Assembly: GCA_951813565.1 (NCBI GenBank)
Contig: OX638351.1
Location: 896,001-960,000, forward strand
Direction: 5' to 3'
Origin: an uncultured Poribacteria bacterium
GTDB lineage: Bacteria > Poribacteria > WGA-4E > WGA-3G
DNA: 64,000 nt
The position numbers and the translations under genes are program-made. The notes under the pieces are model-generated. The model did not search any database. It was not told where the DNA came from and saw nothing but the letters and a program-made list of their open reading frames with translations. This document shows, piece after piece, positions 40,440-50,395 of this stretch (positions within the stretch are counted from its first letter, which is position 1; the number at the start of each line of letters is the position of its first letter).

Positions 40440-43400
40440 ATGAAAAACAACGATATTGATTTGGTCCATCGCACCCTTGATGGTGATGAAACTGCTTTTT
40501 CTACACTTGTTGAAAAATATCAAAAGCAGGTTCATGCGCTCGCTTGGCGGAAAATAGGTGATTTCCATATTGCTGAAGAAATTACACAAGACACCTTCCT
40601 GAAAGCATATCAAAAATTGGCAACATTGAAAAAACCGCACCGTCTTGCCGGATGGCTTTATGTGATCGCAACACGCTGCTGCCAAGCTTGGCTACGAAAA
40701 AAGCAGATGCAGACCAAATCATTAGAGGAAATAGATAGTGAAAAGATAGAGCCAGAGGCGTATTCCCGATATGTTGCGGAAGAAGAAGCGAAGGTAACCG
40801 TTGAGGCACAACGCAGAATTGTTAAAAAGCTTCTCGCTACATTGCCAGAGAGTGAGCGCACTGTTATCACACTTCATTACTTCGGTGACATGACGTGTGA
40901 AAAAATGGGCGAGTTTTTAGGTGTATCCGCAAACACGATTAAAAGTCGACTCCGCCGTGCGCGGAACCGCTTGAAAAAGGAGGAACCGATGATCCGAGAA
41001 GCAATTAGCAACTTCCAAATTTCACCGAACCTAACCGATAACGTTATGCAAGAGGTCAATCGTCTAAAACCTGCAGCACCTTCTGTCAGTAAACCTTTGG
41101 TGCCGTGGGCAATTGCTGCTTCAAGTGCAGTTTTGATTATGTTGATGCTTGGAATTGGCAGTCAATACTTAACACATTTTCAGAAGCCTTATAGTTTAGA
41201 TGCTCATGCTGAAAGGATGGTTGAACTCGTTGATGCACCTATTTTCCTGAATCTTGAAGTAAAACCGAGTACACGAAATCAACTTGTGAAGGCAAATGCA
41301 TTCGATAAAACTGATAATAATGGTCAGAAACCTGATGCGGTTTTATTGGCTGCCGCGCAGTCTGAGGAAGAGGATATTGCTGTTTCCAAACAGCAGTGGA
41401 TTCAGGCTGAACCGATTAAAGGCAGCCCACTGATGAGCATATTGGGAACACCTGAAGGCGATATATATGTCCTTGGTGATGAATTAAGTTTCTATAAATT
41501 ACCTGCCAATGGAAAGCAGTGGCAACATATCTCTGACGTAGGTTCACTGAAAACTTGGTGGACACCGAGGCCTCCTATCGCAAAATGGAAAAATACCCTT
41601 TACATGATACCAACTAACAAACTCTTTGCTTCAATAGATGATGGTAAGACCTGGGATTTACTCTACTCATGGCAGGAAGAAAAATATTGGACTCCGATTG
41701 AATTGGTGCTAACAGAGGATGCGTTTTATGCCGCTTTTGAAAGCGGCATTTTTCGTTCTGAGGATAAAGGTAAAACCTGGAAAGCACTGAGTAAAGGATT
41801 GAGGGGAAGAATTAGTGCTTTAGTCGAGATTCAGCATGTCCTTTTTACTGCAACAGACACTGGACTCTACCGACTCGATCCTGATCTTGAGATTTGGGAA
41901 CGCTTAAAGTTACCTGCTCCAGAAATCGGTAGGATTTTTTCTGTAGCAGCGACTGAAGATAAGTTGTATGTTGCAGCAGAGTTTAGTTGGGACGGACAAG
42001 TAGATCCTCGTAAAGTAGAACGAGGACTGGAGCGTGGTTGGTGGATATTCCGCTCAACGGACCTCGGTGATTCGTGGGATGATATAACGCCGACAAACGC
42101 TTGGCCCGTAAACGGATGGCCACCCGGAATCGAACTTATTGCTGTAGGTGAAACACTTCTGGCGATGGAAGATGGTATGGTACGCTCTATTGATGGAGGA
42201 GATAAATGGATGCCGCCGCAGACACCCCGCACTTCCCCTTCAACGATTAGTGGATTGCCTACTGTCGCTTTAAACGAACGGACTTTTTATGTGCATAGCT
42301 GGGACGGTCTCCATCGTTCTACTGACGGAGGGAAATCATGGAACAAGGTGAATATCCCTAAGGAGAAGGAAACGAATCCAATAGACAATTTAATCGTCCA
42401 TCACGGAGGTGATAAAGGGGGAAAAATGCTTTCGACCCTCTACACGACATCTGGACTTGGACACGGGAAATGGATAAAAAAAATAGTAAAAACTACCGAC
42501 AAAGGCGAATCTTGGGAAACTATTAAGATGGAAATACCAATGGGAACGCCTAAAAGAGAAGAACAACCGAGTATTAGTCAGATAGTCAAATCTGGTAGTG
42601 TCATTTATGCCAAAGGTGGAATTCCAGGTAACGTAAATAATCGTTTCTATCGTGTATCTGATGACAATAGACTTGTCCTGCTTCAAGGAATACCCACCCT
42701 TGATTCAAAGTCATTAAGAAATCAAGTGTTATTTAGGAGTCAACCTATTGAAAATCTTTCTGTTGAATATCTGCAAGAAAACTTTTCTGGCGCAACCCAA
42801 TTCTTCAAACAGTTAGCACAAGGAGATGTTCAGCAACATAGAGTACGTCTTGAAGAACTTATCCATCTGGGGTTTCGGGGGACTTTTGCGGTTAGTGATG
42901 ATACATTCTATATGGAGTATAACCTTAAACTCTTTCGATGGGAATCTGGTGATACAGAATGGCAAGACATCGGACAAGAAGTAACTTCACCTAGCAGAGG
43001 GAAAGCGCTCAAACTTGCAGCATCAGGGAACACTGTTTACGTCGGGAAACGGGATGGACACCTCGTCGTATCGTTTGATAGAGGAACTAATTGGATTGAT
43101 CTTACGCCAGCGCTGCCGTTTCCATTTAAAACTTTCAAAGAGATCGTATTTGCGGATTCTACGGTGTATGTAGCGACAGATGCTGGTGTCACTACATCGG
43201 ATGATGGGAGAACTTGGCGTACCATCACTGATGCAGAGGGGACCAATCTCGTCATGGAACATTTAGCTGCTGATGGTACAAAGGTTTATGGCGTTACTGA
43301 AAACACGGGTGCCTATCGCTTGGAAAGCGGGACTTGGGAAAAGGTTGTTTCAGAGATACCTGATAACGTAACTTCTCTTGCTGTTGATGGAGAGACATTA

Positions 43401-43451
43401 TATATAGGCACGCAAAGCAACGGTATGCTTTATTACAATTTTGAAGAATAA
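40440..43451 (+). CDS. ECF sigma factor-TM-beta-propeller fusion (copy 4, chimera of copies 2 and 3)
   Basis: Same architecture; blocks near-identical to genes 2 and 3. Confidence 0.9.
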   Translation: MKNNDIDLVHRTLDGDETAFSTLVEKYQKQVHALAWRKIGDFHIAEEITQDTFLKAYQKLATLKKPHRLAGWLYVIATRCCQAWLRKKQMQTKSLEEIDSEKIEPEAYSRYVAEEEAKVTVEAQRRIVKKLLATLPESERTVITLHYFGDMTCEKMGEFLGVSANTIKSRLRRARNRLKKEEPMIREAISNFQISPNLTDNVMQEVNRLKPAAPSVSKPLVPWAIAASSAVLIMLMLGIGSQYLTHFQKPYSLDAHAERMVELVDAPIFLNLEVKPSTRNQLVKANAFDKTDNNGQKPDAVLLAAAQSEEEDIAVSKQQWIQAEPIKGSPLMSILGTPEGDIYVLGDELSFYKLPANGKQWQHISDVGSLKTWWTPRPPIAKWKNTLYMIPTNKLFASIDDGKTWDLLYSWQEEKYWTPIELVLTEDAFYAAFESGIFRSEDKGKTWKALSKGLRGRISALVEIQHVLFTATDTGLYRLDPDLEIWERLKLPAPEIGRIFSVAATEDKLYVAAEFSWDGQVDPRKVERGLERGWWIFRSTDLGDSWDDITPTNAWPVNGWPPGIELIAVGETLLAMEDGMVRSIDGGDKWMPPQTPRTSPSTISGLPTVALNERTFYVHSWDGLHRSTDGGKSWNKVNIPKEKETNPIDNLIVHHGGDKGGKMLSTLYTTSGLGHGKWIKKIVKTTDKGESWETIKMEIPMGTPKREEQPSISQIVKSGSVIYAKGGIPGNVNNRFYRVSDDNRLVLLQGIPTLDSKSLRNQVLFRSQPIENLSVEYLQENFSGATQFFKQLAQGDVQQHRVRLEELIHLGFRGTFAVSDDTFYMEYNLKLFRWESGDTEWQDIGQEVTSPSRGKALKLAASGNTVYVGKRDGHLVVSFDRGTNWIDLTPALPFPFKTFKEIVFADSTVYVATDAGVTTSDDGRTWRTITDAEGTNLVMEHLAADGTKVYGVTENTGAYRLESGTWEKVVSEIPDNVTSLAVDGETLYIGTQSNGMLYYNFEE

Positions 43452-43621
43452 ACCAAATCAATGCTGAATGCGACAAATGCCGTACATGCATTAGCGTTTA
43501 GCATTCGGTGTCTCATAATAGATGTCTACTTCTCCTACAAGAAGATAGTCGCGACCAGGAGGTCGCTCCTACAGGAAGAAGTTTGGACTTATAAAGTACG
43601 TCTACAACGTACAAATTGACC

Positions 43622-46600
43622 TTAAAGTTCCGCGCTGACAGTCATCTCTAAGCGATGTTCAGGTTTGCGCTGTTTTGTTGAGAGAAGGCGGTAATTGAGT
43701 CTAAATAGTAGATCGGTAAATTTGCGTAACCTATAATCCGCAGTGGCGCGCACTTCATGGCTGATGCCTTCGTAAAAATAGTATTGTGCGAAAGGGATAC
43801 CGCCATCGCTTTTACCATAGCCGAGTGTATGGTTTACATCAATACGACCCTTACCGAAAATACTATATGTTAAGCGATTTTCAAAGGAAAAGGTACGTGT
43901 TTTTGCTGTAGACTCTTCGTCAAGTTTTTCTATGTCAGTTGTGCGTTTGTATCCTCCGATACCACTCCATCGTATCGAGCGACTCAGTTCATACTGGAGT
44001 TTTAATTCTGTTATCTGTTCAAATTGACGGAGGTCGGAGATGGGTGTTGATGAAAATAAATCAGGATCGGTAACCGTTCCCTTTTCTGTTCCATCGGGGT
44101 TGGAAACCCCTCCTAAGTCTATAAAGTTGAGTTGGCTATATTTTTCTGTTTCGCGGCGTTGCTCCCAGTTTGCACCGACTGAGAGACGTTGCGTTGGATT
44201 TACTGAGAAAGCAACATCCCACGTTCTATGATTTCTCAGCCGTTCTTGTGTGTTAATCCGTCGATTGAGTGTGCGTCCAGTCCTAAGATTGACTTCAAAA
44301 CTGAACAGAGGTGAAGGTGAAAATTCAACCCGATGATGTTGGTTAACGCGTCCGAAAAGCGTTTGTGAACCTTGTAAGCTTTGGAGTAGATAGAGGGATA
44401 TAGTATCTTCTGCTTCCTGTTCCTCTGTTAACCATAGGCGTGTCTGGATTCTGAGTGCATTTAAGAACCACGTAAATGGTTGTCGGTTTTTGGTTGTCGG
44501 TTTTTGGTTGTCGGTGTTAGTGGTTGGGGGAAGATTACCTCGCCCCATGAAATCTGTTCTGGTGGAATTGCGTTGATTTCGGGCGCGGCGGGCGAAAAAC
44601 TGACGCGGTTGGACACGGAGTCGAAAGGCAGCATCAACCGCTGTTGTCGGTCTATCCCCTACATTCTGGTAAATTTTGATGTACGTTCCTTCCTCCGGAT
44701 CTTCTACATAGCGCAAATCATCTAATCTGACATAATACCCTTCACCGGGCTGGATTCTATTTCCAGTGAGCGGATGAATATCGGTGTAGATTTCACGACG
44801 TTGTGTTGTCAGTTTTTTATCCAATTCATAAGTAATTTCAGCATCAATCGCACGACTGAACGGTGTTAATTGGATTGTTGCATCCGCTAATTGTGTTGTT
44901 GTATCTGTGCCACGTTCAGAATGCGCCTTCACCATGCGGCGTGCGAGATTTGTTTTCATATTTATCCATTGTCCTTGCTGTGAAAAGACTCCGGCTTTCC
45001 ATGTGCGTGCTGTGGTAGACCGCATCCAATCAGAAATTCCTAAAGTTTCGCCATCAAGTGTCAATAAAGGTTTTTTAGCAAAAGCCTGTTCAAGTTCGTA
45101 ACTTGTATGAATGGAAGCCCATTTAAAGTCAACCAAGTTGACGCGTCCAGAAGTTCGGTTACGTCTGCGGTTGCGCGCAGCAGTGTAATCATCAATGGAG
45201 GCGAATCGATCAAAAGTGCCAACAAATTCAAAAGGAGAAAGAAGGTAAGATAGACTCCCCTCTTGCCTTGATTTTCGGATATTTTCTTCTGTGCCTGCAG
45301 ACTCCTCGCCCGGTTCTATGCGGGATGTGCTGCGATAATCATTCCAACGAAGATTCGGCAATTTTGCCAGAATCGAATTACGCGAAAGATCGCTTTCCAC
45401 AGAACTCGGTCTCCGTCCATCGCCACTTTGATATTGCGCGGATGGTCGGAATAAATTTTCAGCTTGCGAGGACATATTAGAAAAAGTTGAACTTCTGCTT
45501 GAGCGTGGCGCGAAATTTGCCCCCCAATTGAAATTATTACGCCGTGTTGTTTGTCCTTCAACAACATCCTCAATTGTCCTGCCGCCACCCAAATCAAATC
45601 GTAGCCATTGGGACGGCAGCAATTTGAAGTCAAGATTTAATGTTTGCTCATCGGACGCTTGCGAGATAGAACTCGGGTCAAACAGAAACGCGTCCTCAAA
45701 CCCTTCTGTCGCGTATTGGGTCCCGTAGCGATCGCGAGTTCTATTACTACTTGACGCGCCAACAGGTAAAAAATTGGCATCCATTGCCCGCACATCAAGG
45801 TTTCCTATTAGTTTAGGACGCAGCTTGTTAGACCATGTTGGAAAATCCCAACTTGTGTAACCAATTAGTTTCCAAGCCTGACTTGCCTCCTTCCTGTCTA
45901 CGGTAGAATAGGTATTTTTATCAACAGCGCTAAAAGCGAGTTCTCCATCAACCCATGTCTGTTCGGCAAAATTTAGACGACTCTCTAATCCCCACACCGT
46001 ATGTTTCTGCGGCGGCGTAAGGAGGAAACCGTCGCCATCTGGGTCCAGCATATTTTGGCGGAGTGCGTCCAAATCATCGTCATCAAAAAGGACTAAAGCC
46101 TGCTCAGGATCGTCCAAATCCGCTTCCACAGCGTAAGAAGCACCGAGTGACAACCATTCCCCGGGCAACCTGAAAACGTTATTGACGCCGTAAAGATTTT
46201 GTTGATATACAAGGTCTTCAGGAATGTATTCAAAATCAACGCGGATTACGTCGTTGCTTGTTATGAGATGTTTGCTGTTGAATTCAATAATTGGATCGCC
46301 GTATTCACGGATGATGTAATCGTTATTTTCACCGCGCCGCATCTTTTCACCGTTCAGCCAAACGATTTCACTCCCTGCTTTGACAATAACGAACTGGTTA
46401 TCTACATCAAGCCGATATTCACTGCGACCTTCCTCACCACGAATTACTTTGCTTGTGGACTGCCCCTTTGGAAGCGCGCTCGGAATGAGATGGAATTTTC
46501 CCCAGTCAAAATCACCTTCGACCTTGACTCCCTCAAGCGCACGTGGAAAAAAGATAAATTCAGATGGTCCCAAGGTGGCGTCGAAATCGCCTAAAGTGCC

Positions 46601-47338
46601 TGTCACATTAGGATGCGTGATGCGAATTAACTTTTGATTGATATCCTGAATATCCTCAGTCATTCCCTCCGGTTGAATAGGCAAATCTTGGTCGGAGAGC
46701 ATTGCAAGCACCTCAATATTCTCTGAGACGTTACCTCGGACATTGATACGGAACTCCTGATTTTGCGATAATGATCGCCCGCTGCCGACAGAAATACCGA
46801 ATGTACGACTGCCAGAATACTCTAATTGCGATGGTGGGATAGAAGAAGATGTGCCGGGGCCCGTAGGTTGTCTTTCCAAATCAGGGGATATATCATTTCT
46901 TGGCGTTGAATCTAATTCCTCGTCAAATGGTGTTCCAAACAGATCACGTTTATATATCTTTAGGAAAGTGAAGGGAATCGAACGGTAGGTTATCGTCCAT
47001 GTTACGTCTTTTTGTGCTGCAACTGATTTATCAAGGGTAATTTTACCTGATGTGTAATTTATCTGGTAATCTTTCCCACGAACGAGTTTTTGTCCGTTAT
47101 CACCTGCTATCTGTTCACTATTGAAAAAAACAGGTGGATATTTGACTGTCCATTCCGCTTTTCCTGCTCCCAATTGAAAGTTTTCCGACTTTTCAATAAC
47201 AGAAAAAGTTGGAAATTTAAGGATGGGATTCTGCTTTTGCTGTTCAGTTTGTGCGTTTGCGCTATTCAAACAAAAAAAGAAAAGAAGACAGAAAAAAAAT
47301 GGGAATGTAGAAAGTCGGATTTCTGTATGTCTTGCCAT
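43622..47338 (-). CDS. Large exported protein, probable outer-membrane beta-barrel
   Basis: Signal peptide; LSDQDLPIQPEG motif; alternating amphipathic strands in the C-terminal half. Confidence 0.7.
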   Translation of the reverse strand: MARHTEIRLSTFPFFFCLLFFFCLNSANAQTEQQKQNPILKFPTFSVIEKSENFQLGAGKAEWTVKYPPVFFNSEQIAGDNGQKLVRGKDYQINYTSGKITLDKSVAAQKDVTWTITYRSIPFTFLKIYKRDLFGTPFDEELDSTPRNDISPDLERQPTGPGTSSSIPPSQLEYSGSRTFGISVGSGRSLSQNQEFRINVRGNVSENIEVLAMLSDQDLPIQPEGMTEDIQDINQKLIRITHPNVTGTLGDFDATLGPSEFIFFPRALEGVKVEGDFDWGKFHLIPSALPKGQSTSKVIRGEEGRSEYRLDVDNQFVIVKAGSEIVWLNGEKMRRGENNDYIIREYGDPIIEFNSKHLITSNDVIRVDFEYIPEDLVYQQNLYGVNNVFRLPGEWLSLGASYAVEADLDDPEQALVLFDDDDLDALRQNMLDPDGDGFLLTPPQKHTVWGLESRLNFAEQTWVDGELAFSAVDKNTYSTVDRKEASQAWKLIGYTSWDFPTWSNKLRPKLIGNLDVRAMDANFLPVGASSSNRTRDRYGTQYATEGFEDAFLFDPSSISQASDEQTLNLDFKLLPSQWLRFDLGGGRTIEDVVEGQTTRRNNFNWGANFAPRSSRSSTFSNMSSQAENLFRPSAQYQSGDGRRPSSVESDLSRNSILAKLPNLRWNDYRSTSRIEPGEESAGTEENIRKSRQEGSLSYLLSPFEFVGTFDRFASIDDYTAARNRRRNRTSGRVNLVDFKWASIHTSYELEQAFAKKPLLTLDGETLGISDWMRSTTARTWKAGVFSQQGQWINMKTNLARRMVKAHSERGTDTTTQLADATIQLTPFSRAIDAEITYELDKKLTTQRREIYTDIHPLTGNRIQPGEGYYVRLDDLRYVEDPEEGTYIKIYQNVGDRPTTAVDAAFRLRVQPRQFFARRARNQRNSTRTDFMGRGNLPPTTNTDNQKPTTKNRQPFTWFLNALRIQTRLWLTEEQEAEDTISLYLLQSLQGSQTLFGRVNQHHRVEFSPSPLFSFEVNLRTGRTLNRRINTQERLRNHRTWDVAFSVNPTQRLSVGANWEQRRETEKYSQLNFIDLGGVSNPDGTEKGTVTDPDLFSSTPISDLRQFEQITELKLQYELSRSIRWSGIGGYKRTTDIEKLDEESTAKTRTFSFENRLTYSIFGKGRIDVNHTLGYGKSDGGIPFAQYYFYEGISHEVRATADYRLRKFTDLLFRLNYRLLSTKQRKPEHRLEMTVSAEL

Positions 47339-47381
47339 CCTTCTACCTTTCCATTCTTGCACCTATCCATTCCTATTTTTC

Positions 47382-48533
47382 TTATTCTGCTTTCTTTGCA
47401 TCTGATTTGAATATTACATGAAAAACTTTTATATCCCCCGCGTCCGTGTCACTCACAAAAACCTGTCCTCTCTGTGAAATAGCGATACCACAAGGAGTCA
47501 ATAACGTTTCCGCAGTAAATTCCATAACAACTTGTCCTTCTGGCGTAAAAACCTGAATCCTCCGATTTCCGCTGTCGGTGACGTAGAGATAGTTCCAAGA
47601 GTCTATGGCAAGCCGCTTTGGTTCACGGAATTGTCCGAGTGCGGCACCCTTCTCACCCCACGTCCGTATAGGATTCCCACTGAAATCATAACTTTTAATG
47701 CTATTGTTCCCGGTATCCACTACGTATACAGTGCCGTGTGGGTTAACAATGAGGTCGGTCGGATCCCAAAACTGCTCTCGACTGCTACCGAAACTTCCCA
47801 TTGCGAAAACAGGCGCGAGGTTTCTACTAAATTGGACCCAGCGATGATTGAGGGTGTCAACCACAAAAACTTCCCCATTTCGACCAATACTGATTCCTTC
47901 GGGGGCATCAAACTTAAGGTCTTCTGAAGCGGTTGTAAGCGGATAGAAAATTCGATGCACCAAATTACAATATTGGACTCTGTTATTGCCTGTATCTGCA
48001 ACGTAGAGGGTGTCTAAACTAAGTGCCACATCATTAGGAAAGTCAAACTCACCTTCACGCCATCCAAAGCTTCCGAATTCGGCAATGAAGTGTCCATCAT
48101 TATCAATAACTTGCACCCGATTGTTCCCTGCATCTGCCACGTACAGTTGCCCATAGGCATCAATAACTAAACCCATAGGCATCAGAAATTCGCCAGCACC
48201 TTGCCCCGTTCTGCCGATTGTTTTGACATAACTGACACCCAAAATTGAAGGCGCTTCCCGCTCACGAATTGAAGGGACAATATCTACATGGGAAGATATC
48301 TGAGGATGGAACGTGCTTTTACCATCCGGTTCAGGCACAGCACAACTTACATAGCATAGGAGAGAAATCCAAATGAGGATAGATCCGCAGCGGTTTAACT
48401 TTATTAGAGCATTTCTGATAGAAAAGCGTAAAGAAATGGAGTGGCATCCCCGTGGTGGCTTCATTGGCAGGGGTAATTTGACATTAACCTCGCTGCACTT
48501 TAAATTTGAAAACAAATGTCGTTTGCTGATCAT
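47382..48533 (-). CDS. NHL-repeat beta-propeller protein (possible lipoprotein; start uncertain)
   Basis: G...GEF..P.G...D....LYVAD.GN.RVQ repeats. Confidence 0.85.
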   Translation of the reverse strand: MISKRHLFSNLKCSEVNVKLPLPMKPPRGCHSISLRFSIRNALIKLNRCGSILIWISLLCYVSCAVPEPDGKSTFHPQISSHVDIVPSIREREAPSILGVSYVKTIGRTGQGAGEFLMPMGLVIDAYGQLYVADAGNNRVQVIDNDGHFIAEFGSFGWREGEFDFPNDVALSLDTLYVADTGNNRVQYCNLVHRIFYPLTTASEDLKFDAPEGISIGRNGEVFVVDTLNHRWVQFSRNLAPVFAMGSFGSSREQFWDPTDLIVNPHGTVYVVDTGNNSIKSYDFSGNPIRTWGEKGAALGQFREPKRLAIDSWNYLYVTDSGNRRIQVFTPEGQVVMEFTAETLLTPCGIAISQRGQVFVSDTDAGDIKVFHVIFKSDAKKAE

Positions 48534-49161
48534 TGAATTCGCTTTTCACCCTGGGTATAATAATCCGCAAATTCGTAGATTTTGTGCTGCGTTTTGGAAA
48601 ATAGATAAAGAATAGCGACCGGTTTTTCGGCATAATGTTCGTTTTCTTGTAATCGTCAGTTGGCAGAACAATCTGACCCCCTTGTACACGAATAGTCTTG
48701 TCATATCGGAAAACATCTGCTGCAAATTCAGGAGGTAACTTTGGTTTATAATTTCTTTTTAGATGGAATGATTGTTGTGACTTGTCTAACTGTTTTACAA
48801 TGTTTCCGGATTGGTCAAGCATCTGACAATCTTCTTTTTTATAGCTGATCCAATGGTTTGTTCGATTGTAAATAAGAATGCCGAACGCATCAACATTTTT
48901 CAGATCGTGGAGCGGAACTGCCATTGCAACGATACCGTTTTTCATATAAATTACGGTGCCGGTTTGTGGCGTAATTGTCGCATCCGGATCAAAAACTGGA
49001 ACTATCCGCTCTGGTCGGAATATATCAGTTGCCACATCTCGTATCTTTGCACATCCAACCAAAGATACAGACAAAATTAACATCACCAAGATTTGAAACG
49101 GTCGCGTCCAAATCAAAGGTGAATTCTGTGTGGTATTTGTCGAATTTACGAAAAACCTCAT
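48484..49161 (-). CDS. Hypothetical lipoprotein
   Basis: Hydrophobic leader ending in lipobox LVGC. Confidence 0.7.
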   Translation of the reverse strand: MRFFVNSTNTTQNSPLIWTRPFQILVMLILSVSLVGCAKIRDVATDIFRPERIVPVFDPDATITPQTGTVIYMKNGIVAMAVPLHDLKNVDAFGILIYNRTNHWISYKKEDCQMLDQSGNIVKQLDKSQQSFHLKRNYKPKLPPEFAADVFRYDKTIRVQGGQIVLPTDDYKKTNIMPKNRSLFFIYFPKRSTKSTNLRIIIPRVKSEFNDQQTTFVFKFKVQRG

Positions 49162-49189
49162 TTAAACGTGTTCCTTTCTTTGTCCTTTA

Positions 49190-50158
49190 TCAGTTGTTAT
49201 ATACCAGCATTGCTGCACCAACGAGTCCAGCGTTGTTTCCCAATTTCGCGGGGACAATTTCCATGCCTCCGGGGATGTCCATCGTTCGTGCTGTGAATTC
49301 TCCACGAATATGTTGAAAGAGTAGGTTCTCTCCTGCAGCGGCAATTCCACCACCGATGATAGCGATCTGAGGGTTAAGAATATGTGCTATAGATGTTAAC
49401 GCTATTCCGATATATCTTCCTGTTTCTGAAAAAATATCAAATGCAAGTTCATCCCCTGCAGTTGCTGCTTCTGCTATTTGTTTTGGAGTCAGTCTTTCAG
49501 GATTCAGACAAGTTTTCCTACCGCTTGCAATCTGTTGTTGTGCGCGCTCTACAATATGTCTTGCACCCGCGTACGCCTCAAGACAACCGTGGTTACCGCA
49601 ACCACACTTACGACCATTCGGTTGCACAACTGTGTGTCCCAATTCACCTGCTGTATTCCAGCTGCCGTGGTAGACTTTTCTGTTGATGACGACACCGCCA
49701 CCGACACCTGTTCCGAGTGTAAGCCCTACGACGTTTTCATATCCAACGCCAGCACCGTGGTGCAGTTCACCTAATACCATCACATTTACATCGTTATCAA
49801 TATAGAGCGGTAGATTTAAATCGTCAAGTTCGGCAGTGACATAATCCAGTAGCGGGATATCACTCCATCCAGGGAAATTTGGTGAAAAGTGTATAATACC
49901 ACTATCGGCGATGATAAGCCCTGGTGCGCCTAAACCGATACCTACAATTTCTTTTTTTTCTTCTTCACGCGGATGCGATTCTGCGTCTGCTGTCTCAATA
50001 ACTTGATGGATCGTTTGAGCGATGCGTGCCGCTATAGCTTTTGCGCCTTCACTTACACGAGTAGAAACGACCGTACGGCACGAAAGTTTACCATTTGCTG
50101 CTAACAATCCTGCTTTGATGTCAGTTCCACCGAGATCAATTCCTATGCTATATTTCAT
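49190..50158 (-). CDS. ROK family sugar kinase (glucokinase-like)
   Basis: IGIDLGGT, DNDVN, LGTGVGGG, GELGH, CGCGNHGCLEAY. Confidence 0.92.
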   Translation of the reverse strand: MKYSIGIDLGGTDIKAGLLAANGKLSCRTVVSTRVSEGAKAIAARIAQTIHQVIETADAESHPREEEKKEIVGIGLGAPGLIIADSGIIHFSPNFPGWSDIPLLDYVTAELDDLNLPLYIDNDVNVMVLGELHHGAGVGYENVVGLTLGTGVGGGVVINRKVYHGSWNTAGELGHTVVQPNGRKCGCGNHGCLEAYAGARHIVERAQQQIASGRKTCLNPERLTPKQIAEAATAGDELAFDIFSETGRYIGIALTSIAHILNPQIAIIGGGIAAAGENLLFQHIRGEFTARTMDIPGGMEIVPAKLGNNAGLVGAAMLVYNN

Positions 50159-50243
50159 TTTTAATTGGCTGTTAGTATTCGTTTCGGCTTCTGGAAACTA
50201 CCCTTCGGTTCAGTTCGCTGACTGCCAATAGCCTCCTAACTAT

Positions 50244-50395
50244 ACCTAAGTTGCTACGGACAAGATTTCAAGCTTGCAGACATTGCTTTTTACTGAAAAA
50301 CAAGGATTTCCAGCTAATTCTTATGCTTTCTTTTCTAAATCGGGGTTAGAAACCCCTCCTACAAGAGCATTCGCGATATAGGTAGCAACTTGGGT
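50244..50395. mobile_element. 152-bp MITE, 7-bp TSD TAACTAT, inserted at the galK stop codon
   Basis: Near-identical to 19096-19247. Confidence 0.9.

Noticed and set aside
30505..43451. Diversity-generating retroelement (TR/VR pairs)
   Set aside because: No reverse transcriptase; shared blocks are near-identical and mismatches are not adenine-specific.
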